Made by a program: the position numbers and the translations under genes
Origin: Myxococcota bacterium
GTDB taxonomy: Bacteria; Myxococcota_A; UBA9042; PHBI01; JAWLBL01
DNA length: 64,000 nucleotides
Reading direction: 5' to 3'
NCBI GenBank assembly: GCA_041687695.1
Contig: JAWLBL010000018.1
Coordinates: 64,001-128,000 of the forward strand
Notes under the pieces: generated by a model
What the model was told of the DNA's origin: nothing
The model's input: the letters and a program-made list of their open reading frames with translations, nothing else
Databases searched by the model: none
Shown here: positions 26,481 to 39,319 of the stretch, in pieces
Layout of the letters: each line of letters starts with the position of its first letter
Position numbering within the stretch: position 1 is the first letter of the stretch

Positions 26481-28432
26481 GGCGCGACCCCGGTCTCGCT
26501 CCCCTGCGCCGCCGCCGCCGCCGCCCCGTCGCGGATGGCCCCCTCCAGCTGCGCCGCCAGCTCGGCCCGCGCCGCCTCGGGCGCCTTGGCCACGATCTCG
26601 TCCTTGAGCTTGGTCGCCTCGTCGGTGCGCGCCGTCATCGCCAGCACCGCGATCATCATCGGCGCCGCCATCGCGTCCTGCGGGTCCTTGGCCATCGCCT
26701 CGCGCAGCAGGCCCTCGCCCTCCTCGACCAACCCGTTCTCGAGCAGGACCTGCGCCACCGTCGACCGCAGCCCCACCGCCTTGACCACCGCCTCGCGCGC
26801 CGCCGTCGCGTCGCGCTTGCGCGCCACGTCCGCCAGATAGCGCAGCATCAGCGCGTCGACGTTGGCCGGCTCGGCCTTCAGCACCGCCGACAGGTGCGCC
26901 TCGGCCGCCGCGTCCTGCCCCTCGTCCAGCTCGAGCTGCGCCGCCAGCAGCCGCGCCTGCCCGTCCTCGCCGAAGCGGTCCAGGTGCGACTTCAGCAGCT
27001 CGCGCGCCTTGGCGGGCCGCCCCAGGGTCTTCTCGAGCTGCGCCATTGCCGGCCGCAGATCCGCCGACCCCGGATCACCGGCCAGCGCCCGCTCCAGCGC
27101 GGCCAGCGCGTCCGCCGCCCTGCCCTGCCGGAACAGCGCCGTCCCCAGCGCCCGATGGATCTCGGCCCCGCCGCGCACCTTCCCGGCGCCCTCCTGCAGC
27201 GCGTCCAGCGCCTCCTCGCCGCGCCCCAGCTCCGTCAGAAAGCCCGCCAGCACCAGCCACGAGGCCTCCTCCTCGGGGTGGACCTGCGCCTCCTCGCGCA
27301 GGAGCGTCTCGGCGTCCTGGTGCCGGTCCTGGATGACCGCGATGCGCGCCCGCATGGTCCGCAGCCCCGGCGCCTTGGGGTCGGCCTTGTCGGCCGCGGC
27401 CAGGTGCGCCTCGGCCGTCTCGATGAGCTTGGGCACCTCCTCCTTGGGCGTCAGCCCGGCCCGCTCGAGCGCCAGCTGCGCCAGCATCACCCAGGCCTCA
27501 CCCAGCCCCGGGTCCAGCTCGGTCGCCTTGGCCAGGTGCTGGTGCGCCTTGAACGACTGCTGCGCCTGCATGGCCGCGATGCCGACGGTGAACCAGCTCA
27601 TCCCGTCGCCCTTGCGCGCCGCCGCCGCCTCCATGGTGGCCAGGCCCATCTCGGTCAGGCCGTTGGCCAGCTGCACCTGCCCCTGGAGCAGCTCGAGCGC
27701 CGCGTCCTGCCCGTCCAGCTGCCGCGCCTGTCCGATGGCCCGCGACGCCTGATCCCCGTCGCGCAGCGCCATCGCCCCAAGCGTCCGCCAGGCCAGCACC
27801 TGCCCCATCCAGCCGATCTCGTCGAGCGGCCGCACGCGCGCCTCGTCGACCGGGCCACCGTCCACGGCCCGCCACGGCCCGCCGCCCACCTTCAGCACGT
27901 ACCGCCGCCGCCGCAGGTCGGTCGCCGCCCGCGGCGCCGCCTCGTCCACGCCCACCCGCGCCTCGACCCCGCGCGCCTTCAGCAAGGCCCGCGCCAGCGA
28001 GGTCACCTCGAGCGGCCCGGTCGGCGGCGCCTGCTGCCCCGCCAGCGCCATCGCCAGGTGCCCGGCCGCCCGCGGCGCGCCCAGCGGCTCCTCCATCTCG
28101 TGCAGGGGCGGCAGGTGCCCGGCCTCGATGGCGGCCTTCACCGCCGCCAGCGCCGCCTCGGGGCCCTCGGCCAGCTTGGCCGCCGCCGCCTTCACCGCCT
28201 CGTCGACCTGGTCGGGCCGCGCCCGCAGGTCCTCGGGCAGCTGGGCCAGCGCCGTCTGCGTCGGGTCGGCCGTCGCGCGGGCGCCCGGCCCGACCATGCT
28301 GGCGGGCGGCTCGGTGGTGCGGTTCATCAAAAACCACACCAGGGCCCCGCTGGCGCCCAGGATCAGCGCCAGGATGGCGATCACCAGGGCGCCGTTGCGA
28401 CGTTGCGGCTCGGAGGGGGCGGACGGGGTCAT
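26477..28432 (-). CDS. Membrane-anchored TPR repeat protein
   Basis: N-terminal TM helix (ALVIAILALILGASGALVWFL) and many TPR-like units in the C-terminal two-thirds. Confidence 0.8.
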   Translation of the reverse strand: MTPSAPSEPQRRNGALVIAILALILGASGALVWFLMNRTTEPPASMVGPGARATADPTQTALAQLPEDLRARPDQVDEAVKAAAAKLAEGPEAALAAVKAAIEAGHLPPLHEMEEPLGAPRAAGHLAMALAGQQAPPTGPLEVTSLARALLKARGVEARVGVDEAAPRAATDLRRRRYVLKVGGGPWRAVDGGPVDEARVRPLDEIGWMGQVLAWRTLGAMALRDGDQASRAIGQARQLDGQDAALELLQGQVQLANGLTEMGLATMEAAAARKGDGMSWFTVGIAAMQAQQSFKAHQHLAKATELDPGLGEAWVMLAQLALERAGLTPKEEVPKLIETAEAHLAAADKADPKAPGLRTMRARIAVIQDRHQDAETLLREEAQVHPEEEASWLVLAGFLTELGRGEEALDALQEGAGKVRGGAEIHRALGTALFRQGRAADALAALERALAGDPGSADLRPAMAQLEKTLGRPAKARELLKSHLDRFGEDGQARLLAAQLELDEGQDAAAEAHLSAVLKAEPANVDALMLRYLADVARKRDATAAREAVVKAVGLRSTVAQVLLENGLVEEGEGLLREAMAKDPQDAMAAPMMIAVLAMTARTDEATKLKDEIVAKAPEAARAELAAQLEGAIRDGAAAAAAQGSETGVAP

Positions 28433-29166
28433 CAGGGGCTCCCAGACAAGGCGTCCCGCAGCGCCTGCGGGCGGTTGGTGACGAGCGTTCGGACCCCCAG
28501 CGCGAGCAGGCGCCGCGCCTCGTCGGGGTCGTCGACGGTCCAGGCGCGGAACAGGCGCCCGGGCGCGGCGTATTCCGCCAGGTGCGTCGCCGTGACCAGC
28601 GCGTGCGCGGGGTGCAGGTCGACCACCGCGCCGCCCGGCAGGTAGCGCAGCGCGGCCAGGGCGGCCAGGTCTTCGTACAGCAGGGCCATGCGGCCTGGGG
28701 CGCGGTGGGTGATGGCCAACGCCAGCACGCGTGGGTCGAAGGTCGACACGACCAGCGCTACGCCCGGGATCGCCGCGGCGCGCGTCAGGTGCGGCAGGGT
28801 CGCCTCGACCAGCGCCTGCGGCCGCGGGGTCGTCTTCAGCTCGACGTTCAGCACGAAGGACCCGGCCGGGTCGACCCGCTGGGTCAGCAGATTCAGCACC
28901 TGCTCGAAGCTGGGGATGGGCTCGCCGCCGACGCGTCGCTGCCCCAGCGCCTGCCAGGGCGTCGCCTCGAGGTCGCCGGGGGCCCCGGTGAGGCGGGTCA
29001 GATCCCGATCGTGGAAGACGACCGGCACGCCGTCGACCGTCAGGTGGACGTCCAGCTCGACGCCGTCGGCGCCCTCGTCGAAGGCGCCGGCGAAGGCCCG
29101 CAGCGTGTTCTCGGGGTGCGCCGCGCTCGCGCCGCGGTGCGCCAGCAGGACGGCGGCTCGAGACAT
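28432..29166 (-). CDS. Glycerophosphodiester phosphodiesterase (GDPD)
   Basis: AHRGAS..PENTL.AF, GVELDVHLT.DG.PVVFHD, NVELK, AWTVDD, TNRP. Confidence 0.93.
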   Translation of the reverse strand: MSRAAVLLAHRGASAAHPENTLRAFAGAFDEGADGVELDVHLTVDGVPVVFHDRDLTRLTGAPGDLEATPWQALGQRRVGGEPIPSFEQVLNLLTQRVDPAGSFVLNVELKTTPRPQALVEATLPHLTRAAAIPGVALVVSTFDPRVLALAITHRAPGRMALLYEDLAALAALRYLPGGAVVDLHPAHALVTATHLAEYAAPGRLFRAWTVDDPDEARRLLALGVRTLVTNRPQALRDALSGSP

Positions 29167-29182
29167 GGAGGGTCGCCTCCGA

Positions 29183-31756
29183 TCAGTAGTGGCGCTGGGT
29201 CTGGGGGCGCGGCGAGCGGAAGACCAGCAGATCCGTCTGGTGCAGCACGAAGATGACCTGCAGCAGGGTCAGCCGGTCCTCGGGGTTGCGGCCGAAGCGC
29301 TCGAGCACCTCGCGCAGGGTCACGCCGGTCTCGAGGTAGGTGTAAAAGCGCAGCTCGCGCGAGTTCAGGCGCAGGTTGTTGTGGGTGATGTGCGGGTTCT
29401 GCTGCATCACCATGGTCTGGTCGAGGTAGTCCGAGAAGATGTCGCGCATGGTCGCGAGGTCGAACTGGGTGCGGACCCCGGCGGTCAGCAGCTGGATGGC
29501 GTCCTCGCCCAGCGGGATGACGTCGTCGGGCGGGCCGTAGCCCTCGAGGAACTCGTACCAGCCCTCCTTCCAGGCGAAGACCTCGAGGAAGCGCTGCCGG
29601 AACTGGAACTCGACCACCCGGTAGAGATCGTGCGGCTTGAGCAGCCCCATGGAGACCAGCGCGTCGCCCAGGCGGCCGCCGCGCTCCTTCATGAAGCCCA
29701 GGGCGGCGTTGATCTGCGGCGGCTGGATGAGGTTGCGCTCGAGCATGAAGTTGGCGAGCAGCTCGCTCTTGATGTTCGAGTTGATGTGCACCGGCACGCC
29801 GTGCTGGAAGTAGATCTCCTTGAGCGCCATGCCGCGCATCAGCTTGAGCTTGCCGACGACCTTGTTGACGGCCAGCTCGTACAGCAGCTGCGGCGTGCGC
29901 ACCTGGCTGACCGGCCCCTCGTACAGCGGCTGCTCGGGCTCGACCTCGAAGACCGCCGGCTCGATGTCGGGCAGCGGGCTCTCGCTGATCGGCATCCACG
30001 GCCCGCCGTCGACGCTGATGAGCTCGCGGGGCGAGACGGAGCGGCTGCGGAGCAGGTGCAGCAGGTTGTTGTAGGTGATGGGGCCGAAGGTCGCGTCGTC
30101 GCCCTTGACCCGGAAGGACGAGCCGCGCAGCTCTTCGGCCAGCTGGGCCGGCGTGGGCGTGGGGCGGGCCGGCGCGACGATGGCCGGGGTGGCCTCCGCG
30201 GCCGGCTCCGGCGCGGGCGCCTCGGCCTCGGCTTCGGCGGCCTTGGCCTCTGGCTCGGCGCCCTTCGCCTCAGGCTCGGCGGCCTTCGCCTCGGGCTCGG
30301 GTTCGGGCTCGTCGGCCTTGGCCTCGGGTTCGGGCTCGTCGGCCTTGGCCTCAGGCTCGGTGGCCTTCGCCTCGGGCTCGGCGGCCTTCGCCTCGGGCTC
30401 GGCTTCGGGCTCGGCGGCCTTGGCCTCTGGCTCCGGCGCGGGCACCGCCGCCAGGACCGGCCGCGGGGCAGCTTCCACCTCGGGCGCGGCCTCGCCACCC
30501 ACCTCGTGCTCTGCGTCGAGCAGCGCCGGCATCGCGTCGTCGACCGGGGTCGGCTCGTCGTCGAGCGCCTCGTCGTCGGCGTCCTCGTAGGCGTCGCCCC
30601 CCGCGGGCTCCTCGTCGCGCTCCTCGTCCGCCGGCGCCTCGTGCGGCTCGGCCTCGTCGGCCGCCTCGTCCGCGCCCTCGGCGGCGTCCTCTTCGCCGTG
30701 CGCGATCTCGTCGTCGCCCTGGCCGTCGTCCGCCGCCTCGCCCGCGCCCGGGCGCGCCACGTAGATGGGCCGCGGCGCCTCCTCCTCGCCTTCGAGCGCC
30801 TCGCGCATGAACTGCGCGACGTTGCGGTTGGTCACGCGGATGCGGTGCTCGAACAGGTAGTCGAGGATCGCCTCCTGCAGATCGGTCCCGGTCTGGTAGC
30901 GCTCGTCCGGGTCCTTGGCCAGCGCCTTGCGGATGATGTTCTGGATGCCGTCCGGGACGTACGAGTGCTTCTCGAGCTTCTTGTCGATGCGCACGTCGCG
31001 GATGTTGATGAGCGTCTGGATGTCCGTCTTGCCCAAGAACAGCCGGCGCAGGGTCAGGATCTCCCACAGGATGATCCCCATCGCGAAGATGTCCGACCGG
31101 TGGTCGATGTCGTCGCCGACGACCAGCTCGGGGGACATGTAGCCCAGCTTGCCCTTGAGGGCGCTGGACTTCTTCTTGCGCTTGCCGCTGGTCTCGAGGT
31201 CGGCGCGGGCGACGCCGAAGTCCATGACCTTCACGTCGCCGTCGAGGCTGATGAGGATGTTCGACGGCGAGACGTCGCGGTGGATGATGTTCAGCGGGCG
31301 GCCGCGGTGGTCGGTCGCGGCGTGGGCGTAGGCCAGGCCCTTGGCGGCCTCGGCCACGACGAACAGGCCGATCTCGAGCGGCATCTGAAGGCCCTTGCGG
31401 GCGCAGGCGGCGAGGAGCTTGAGCAAGTCCGCGCCGTGCACGTACTCCATCGCGATGTGGTAGCCGCCGTCGATCTGGCCCAGCTCGAAGATCTGGACGA
31501 TGTTGGCGTGCTGCAGCAGCGAGCTGAGCTTCGCCTCGGCGATGAGCATCTCGATGAACGCCGTGTTCTTGGCGTAGGTCGGCAGGATGCGCTTGACGAC
31601 CAGGATCTTCTCGAAGCCCTCGGGCCCGGTGACGCGCGCCTTGTAGATCTCGGCCATGCCGCCGGCGCCGATCTTCTCGAGAAGCTCGTACTTCCCGTAG
31701 CGCTGGCCGGGCTGGAGCTCGTGAGCGAGCGCGGAGTGGCTATCGGGGCCGTTCAA
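29183..31756 (-). CDS. Ser/Thr protein kinase with acidic repeat linker, GYF-like and DUF4388-like C-terminal domains
   Basis: IGAGGMAEIY, VVKRIL, HRDVSPSNIL, DFGVA, GKLGYMSPE, DIFAMG. C-terminal FGPI..WMP and KEIYF.HG.PV. The TTG start is uncertain. Confidence 0.93.
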   Translation of the reverse strand: MNGPDSHSALAHELQPGQRYGKYELLEKIGAGGMAEIYKARVTGPEGFEKILVVKRILPTYAKNTAFIEMLIAEAKLSSLLQHANIVQIFELGQIDGGYHIAMEYVHGADLLKLLAACARKGLQMPLEIGLFVVAEAAKGLAYAHAATDHRGRPLNIIHRDVSPSNILISLDGDVKVMDFGVARADLETSGKRKKKSSALKGKLGYMSPELVVGDDIDHRSDIFAMGIILWEILTLRRLFLGKTDIQTLINIRDVRIDKKLEKHSYVPDGIQNIIRKALAKDPDERYQTGTDLQEAILDYLFEHRIRVTNRNVAQFMREALEGEEEAPRPIYVARPGAGEAADDGQGDDEIAHGEEDAAEGADEAADEAEPHEAPADEERDEEPAGGDAYEDADDEALDDEPTPVDDAMPALLDAEHEVGGEAAPEVEAAPRPVLAAVPAPEPEAKAAEPEAEPEAKAAEPEAKATEPEAKADEPEPEAKADEPEPEPEAKAAEPEAKGAEPEAKAAEAEAEAPAPEPAAEATPAIVAPARPTPTPAQLAEELRGSSFRVKGDDATFGPITYNNLLHLLRSRSVSPRELISVDGGPWMPISESPLPDIEPAVFEVEPEQPLYEGPVSQVRTPQLLYELAVNKVVGKLKLMRGMALKEIYFQHGVPVHINSNIKSELLANFMLERNLIQPPQINAALGFMKERGGRLGDALVSMGLLKPHDLYRVVEFQFRQRFLEVFAWKEGWYEFLEGYGPPDDVIPLGEDAIQLLTAGVRTQFDLATMRDIFSDYLDQTMVMQQNPHITHNNLRLNSRELRFYTYLETGVTLREVLERFGRNPEDRLTLLQVIFVLHQTDLLVFRSPRPQTQRHY
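30220..30440 (-). repeat. In-frame tandem repeats encoding (EP)nEAKA(A/D/T) in the kinase linker
   Basis: About nine imperfect copies of EPEAKAA, seen as repeated GGCCTTCGCCTCGGGCTC-like units on the + strand. Confidence 0.85.
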
Positions 31757-31961
31757 GGCTCTTCACCAGCTCGAGGGCGCTCTCGCAGGCCCTCTTGTCC
31801 TCGGAGGAGGCCTTGGCCGCCTTCTCACGGATGCTCTTGCACTCCTCGGAGTCCTCGCCCGCCGTCTGGCAGGCGACCTCGGCGAGGTCCTCACACGGGT
31901 TACCGCAGCCGGTCGTGGTCGCGAGGGCCAGGGCAGCGATGAGACCGGTGAATCGACGCAT
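31740..31961 (-). CDS. Small Cys-containing lipoprotein
   Basis: MRRF..LALATTTGC lipobox, then four more Cys in a helical pattern. Overlaps the kinase start. Confidence 0.75.
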   Translation of the reverse strand: MRRFTGLIAALALATTTGCGNPCEDLAEVACQTAGEDSEECKSIREKAAKASSEDKRACESALELVKSLERPR

Positions 31962-32197
31962 GCGGTGTTCTTTCCGATGGGGTCCGGGAGGTGGGGCCCG
32001 GACCAGGCCGTGTGGGGTTCCGGGGCGGACAGCCTCGAAGAGAGACGAGGCTGTAACCGTCGCGTCACGCGGTCCCTTCGGCCAGCCTGCGCGACGGCTT
32101 CGGCGGGGAGTGCGACACCCGCCTTTGCCGGGCAGTGTTCGCTACGACGAGAGGCCCTGTCAAGCCGCGTACCTACAGGCCTTTCGCCCCTCTGCGA

Positions 32198-33001
32198 TCA
32201 CGCGGAGGCGGTGACCCCGTCGGCGTGCACGTCCACGATCAGGACGGTGACGTTGTCGACGCCGCCGTAGTCGAGCGCGCGCTGCACCAGCACCTCGGCG
32301 GCGGTCGACGCCCCTTCGATCGAGGCGAGCACCTCGGCGATCTCGGCGTCGGTGACCATGTCCGTCAGCCCGTCGCTGCACAGGAGGTAGCGGTCGCCCG
32401 GCCGGGTGGTGCGGTAGAAGGTGTCGACGTCGACGTCCTCCTGCAGCCCCAGCGCCCGCACGATGACGTTCTTGTACGGGAAGTAGGGGAGATCCTCGGG
32501 CCGCAGCAGGTTCATCCGGATGTACTCGTTGGCGAGCGAGTGATCCTCGGTCAGCTGCTCGAGCTTGCCCTGGCGCAGGCGGTAGGCGCGGCTGTCGCCG
32601 ACGTGCCCGATGTACACGCGGTTGCCGGTGAAGGCGATGCCGACGATGGTCGTGCCCATGTCCTCGAGCCGCGGATCGGTCGAGGCCTGGCGGAAGATCT
32701 GCAGGTTGCCGTACTCGATGGCGCTGCGCAGCCGGAACTCGTGGAAGCTCGAGATGTCGCCGAGCCCCTCCTTGCCGCGGAGATCGTCGTACAGGTGCTG
32801 CAGGCGCTTGGTCAGGTCGTTGTCGGCGTAGAACTCCTGGACCGAGCGCACCGCCAGATAGCTGGCGACCTCGCCGCAGTTGTGGCCCCCCATGCCATCG
32901 GCCACCACGTAGACGTGCTCCTCGGGCGCCATCAGGCTGTCGTCCTCGTTGTGCTCTCGGACGCAACCCACATCCGTCAGGACGTACGCGTCGAAGGTCA
33001 T
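32198..33001 (-). CDS. PP2C-type Ser/Thr protein phosphatase (Stp1/PrpC family)
   Basis: TDVGCVREHNED, VADGMGGH..GEVAS, MGTT, HVGDSRAY, QLTEDHS, LLCSDGL, GGVDNVT. Confidence 0.95.
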   Translation of the reverse strand: MTFDAYVLTDVGCVREHNEDDSLMAPEEHVYVVADGMGGHNCGEVASYLAVRSVQEFYADNDLTKRLQHLYDDLRGKEGLGDISSFHEFRLRSAIEYGNLQIFRQASTDPRLEDMGTTIVGIAFTGNRVYIGHVGDSRAYRLRQGKLEQLTEDHSLANEYIRMNLLRPEDLPYFPYKNVIVRALGLQEDVDVDTFYRTTRPGDRYLLCSDGLTDMVTDAEIAEVLASIEGASTAAEVLVQRALDYGGVDNVTVLIVDVHADGVTASA

Positions 33002-34800
33002 GGGGTGCTCCGGGAGGGGAGGGGAGGGGCGAGGATCGGACCCTTGGAGTGCACGCGCATGGAGCGCTGGAGCTCGATCTCGCTGAAGAGCGTGGAGGGC
33101 GCCACCGTACTGACCGGGACCATACCCGACTCGGCGCCGCAGTAGCCATTGAAAATGCCGGTCTCGCGGCTCGCCGCGACGATCTTGCCCAGGCTGATGA
33201 GGGGCGTCCCGACCAGCTCGACGCCGCGCACCAGGGTCTCCTCGCCGGTCTGCGCGTCGACCTTGTAGACCATGCGCGCCTGACCCTTGAAGGCCTGGAA
33301 ACCATAGGACGAGGTGTTGGTCGAGCCGCCGGTGATGTCGCGGATGAGCAGGCCGAAGGGCTTGCCCTGGCGGCGCGCCTCCTCGAGGAGCATCTGCTTG
33401 AGGCGGGCGTTGTCGACGGCCGCCGCGGCGTCGGCCTGCACGATGAGGTTGCCCATGCGGGCCACCGGACGGGCGGTGCCCTGGCCGCGAGCGTGGCCGT
33501 TCGAGGCCGAGAAGCCCTCGACCGGTCGGCGGGTCATCAGGAAGCTCTTGAGCACGCCGCCCTCGACCAGCGCGACCCGCTGCGCGGCCACCGCCTCGTC
33601 ATCATAGAGGTACGTCCCGTTGAGCGGCGTCCCCTCGTGGGCGGTGAGCGTGGGGTCGTCGTAGATGGACAGGAACGGCGGCAGGATGCCGTGGTTCAAG
33701 TGGGCCGTGAACGTCTGCCCCTCCTCGTTGCCGTCCTGGCGGTGGCCCTCGAGGCGGTGGCCCAGCACCTCGTGGAAGAAGACGCCGGTGGCGGCCGGCT
33801 CGAGGATGGCCGGGCCGGTGTAGGGGTCCAGCACGGGGGCGGCCCGCAGGGCGGCCAGGTCGGCGACCAGCCGGCCGATACGCTCGCGCAGGGCGTCGTC
33901 CGGGGGCAGGCCGGCCTCGGTCGGGGCGTACAGGTTGACCGACTGGTCCAGCAGCATGCCGTCGGGGGCGCGGGTGTAGGCGGTGGCGTGGAAGGCGTAG
34001 ATGGGCTGGACGGTGCGGAGGCGGGCGCCCTCGCTGGTCGCGAGCCAGCGGGTCTCGAGGTGGAAGCTGACCTGCACCTCGCTGTCGAAGACCTCCGGGT
34101 CGGCGGCGAGCTGCGCGCTCAGCTCGCGCACCATCCGCTGCCAGCGGGCGCGGTCCATGGTCAGCGGGGGCACCGGGTCGGCGTGCAGGACCGGCGGCAC
34201 CTGGGTGAAGCTGGGCCGCTTCTTGTCGAGCTTGGTCGAGTAGACCCGCTGGCCCTTCAGCTTGAGGTAGCTGGACAGCGCCTGCTTGTAGCGGAGGTCG
34301 GTCAGCAGCCACAGGGTGTGGCGGATGGCCTCGGCGCGGTCCTCGAGCGGCAGGCTGGTCGAGGGCTCGAGCATGCCCTCGTCGGGCCAGTCGCCCTCGG
34401 CGTCCTCGGAGGAGTCGAAGCGGTAGTCGCCCACGCGGACGTCGACGGCCGCCTCGCGCTTCTTGCTCTCGTCGTCGATGATGAGGGCGCCCAGCTTGCC
34501 GCCGATGACCTTCTGCTCGAGCTGCTTCATCGAGTAGGCCAGGTAGTAGGGCGCGTCGTACTCGGGCAGGCGCAGGGTCGTCGCGTTGCGGGCCAGCTCG
34601 GCGACGGCGGCGGCCATCACCGGGTCGACCTGGTCGAGCGGGGTGGGGGCCAGCGGCCTGGCGGCGGCGGGTCGGGACGCCTTGCCCTTGGGCGCGGCCT
34701 GGGCGGGCGTGGCGCAGGCGGGGGTCAGGGCGAAGGACGCGGCGACGGCCCCGGCGGCCAGGGAACGCGTGAGCTTGGAGGCGAAGGGCGGCTTGTGCAT
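32998..34800 (-). CDS. Exported TldD/PmbA-family metalloprotease
   Basis: HEVLGHRLEG, DDPT, YDDE, SNGHARG, RMGNL, CGAESG.VPV. N-terminal signal-like sequence. Confidence 0.9.
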   Translation of the reverse strand: MHKPPFASKLTRSLAAGAVAASFALTPACATPAQAAPKGKASRPAAARPLAPTPLDQVDPVMAAAVAELARNATTLRLPEYDAPYYLAYSMKQLEQKVIGGKLGALIIDDESKKREAAVDVRVGDYRFDSSEDAEGDWPDEGMLEPSTSLPLEDRAEAIRHTLWLLTDLRYKQALSSYLKLKGQRVYSTKLDKKRPSFTQVPPVLHADPVPPLTMDRARWQRMVRELSAQLAADPEVFDSEVQVSFHLETRWLATSEGARLRTVQPIYAFHATAYTRAPDGMLLDQSVNLYAPTEAGLPPDDALRERIGRLVADLAALRAAPVLDPYTGPAILEPAATGVFFHEVLGHRLEGHRQDGNEEGQTFTAHLNHGILPPFLSIYDDPTLTAHEGTPLNGTYLYDDEAVAAQRVALVEGGVLKSFLMTRRPVEGFSASNGHARGQGTARPVARMGNLIVQADAAAAVDNARLKQMLLEEARRQGKPFGLLIRDITGGSTNTSSYGFQAFKGQARMVYKVDAQTGEETLVRGVELVGTPLISLGKIVAASRETGIFNGYCGAESGMVPVSTVAPSTLFSEIELQRSMRVHSKGPILAPPLPSRSTP

Positions 34801-34856
34801 GTCGTGGGGTTGTCTCAGGAGTTCGCGGCGTCTGTCAATTCGAGCCCATGGCAGGG

Positions 34857-34872
34857 TGTTTCACGTGAAACG
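34857..34872. promoter_or_regulatory. parS: parS site 1
   Basis: TGTTTCACGTGAAACG, 15/16 match to the consensus TGTTTCACGTGAAACA. Confidence 0.93.
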
Positions 34873-35005
34873 GACCGCCAACGAGGTTGCATCCTCGCAG
34901 AGAATCGCGCGTTGCGTGCGTCTGGGGCCATCGGAGAGGTTGGAGGCGAGGCGCGAGGGTCGGGTCGAGGCTCTGGCCAGGGTGTCGGCGTGGCCGGAGC
35001 GTCGG

Positions 35006-35021
35006 TGTTTCACGTGAAACG
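35006..35021. promoter_or_regulatory. parS: parS site 2
   Basis: TGTTTCACGTGAAACG. Confidence 0.93.
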
Positions 35022-35097
35022 GCATCAGGCGGACCCGGGCGAGGGGGCCGGCAGGTCGCGAGCCCCTTCGGGCCCACAGGGGCGGGCGCTGCGGTGG

Positions 35098-35113
35098 CGT
35101 TTCACGTGAAACA
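35098..35113. promoter_or_regulatory. parS: parS site 3
   Basis: CGTTTCACGTGAAACA. Confidence 0.93.
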
Positions 35114-35297
35114 CGGTCCCGCCGAGGCCCTGCGCGGTCCTGAGCGGGGGCTCTCAGCGATGTTCTTGACACGGTGATCCTCGCGTGCGACCAACGTCCC
35201 GTGCCCGCCGCCTGTCCGGACCCCGGCCACGGCGCGCAACCGCACGTTTTCTCGACACTTCTTCGACCTGGTGCCCACCCCGGGAGGGACCCCGACC

Positions 35298-36100
<803 letters not shown>

Positions 36101-36104
<4 letters not shown>

Positions 36105-36982
36105 GCCAGACGTCATCTCGCAAGGCCCTGGGCCGCGGCCTGGGCGCCCTCATCCCCGCGCCGCGCTTCAACAATCTGGGCGACGACTACTTCATGTGCC
36201 CGGTGGCGGACGTCCACGCGGACCCGCACCAGCCGCGGCAGACCTTCGAGGACGGCGCCCTCGACGAGCTGGTCGCCTCCATCAAGGAGAAGGGCATCCT
36301 GCAGCCCATCGTGGTCCGCAAGGAGGAGGCGGGCTACGTCATCGTCGCGGGCGAGCGCCGCCTGCGCGCCGCCAAGAAGGCGGGGCTCGTCGAGGTGCCG
36401 GTCCTGGTCAAGGACGTCGCCAGCGACGAGGCCTTCGAGCTGGCGCTCATCGAGAACATCCAGCGGCAGGACCTGAACGCCATCGAAGAGGCCAACGCCT
36501 ACGCGCGCCTCCTTTCGAAGGAGGGGCAGACCCACGAGTCGCTGGCCCGCCGTCTGGGCAAGGACCGCTCGACCGTCGCCAACGCGGTGCGCCTGCTGAA
36601 GCTGCCGACCGAGGTCCAGCAGCGGGTCATCGACGGCAAGCTCTCGGCCGGGCACGCCCGCGCCGTCCTGTCGCTCGACGACGCCGAGGGCCAGACGCAG
36701 CTGGCCGACCGCATCGTCGACGAGGCCCTGTCGGTCCGCCAGGCCGAGGCCATGGCCCGCGCCATGAAGGCGGCGGCCGAGCCCAAGCCCGAGCGTCCCC
36801 GCCGCGTCCCGCGCCGCCCCCTGCAGCCCTACTACGACTCGGTGGCCAAGGACCTGACGACCGCCCTCAGCGCCCCCGTCCAGGTCGAGTCAAAGGGCCG
36901 AAAACACCGTATCGTCATCGAGTTCCAGAGCGTCGAGGACCTCCGCCGCCTCCGCGAGAGCCTCCTCAGCCGCGTCGACTGA
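36101..36982 (+). CDS. parB: Chromosome partitioning protein ParB/Spo0J
   Basis: ALGRGLGAL, QPR..F, GILQPI, AGERRLRA, ENIQR.DLN.IEEA, RSTVAN..RLL. Confidence 0.97.
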
Positions 36983-37151
36983 CCCGGAATCCGAAAAACC
37001 CGCGCTCCGATCGCGCTCAGGCGATTTTACCGACCCGCCCTCGCGCCGCCCGATCGCCCGGGGGGTGGCTTGTGCATCCCTGGCCGCTCGGCCCACAATC
37101 CCGGAGGGCTCGGGCGCGGGCCCGCCGACTTGGGCATGGAGGACGGCGGCC

Positions 37152-39278
<2,127 letters not shown>

Positions 39279-39319
39279 GGCGCTGGGCTGGTGGCGCGCC
39301 GCGCCCTCCGATTACTCTG

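Noticed and set aside
31962..32197. Possible ncRNA or riboswitch between PP2C and the small lipoprotein (hairpin GGTCCGGG/CCCGGACC at 31981-32004)
   Set aside because: A single GC-rich stem is expected by chance here, and no recognisable RNA family motif is present.
34801..35297. Replication origin oriC
   Set aside because: No DnaA-box cluster or AT-rich unwinding element seen, only parS sites.
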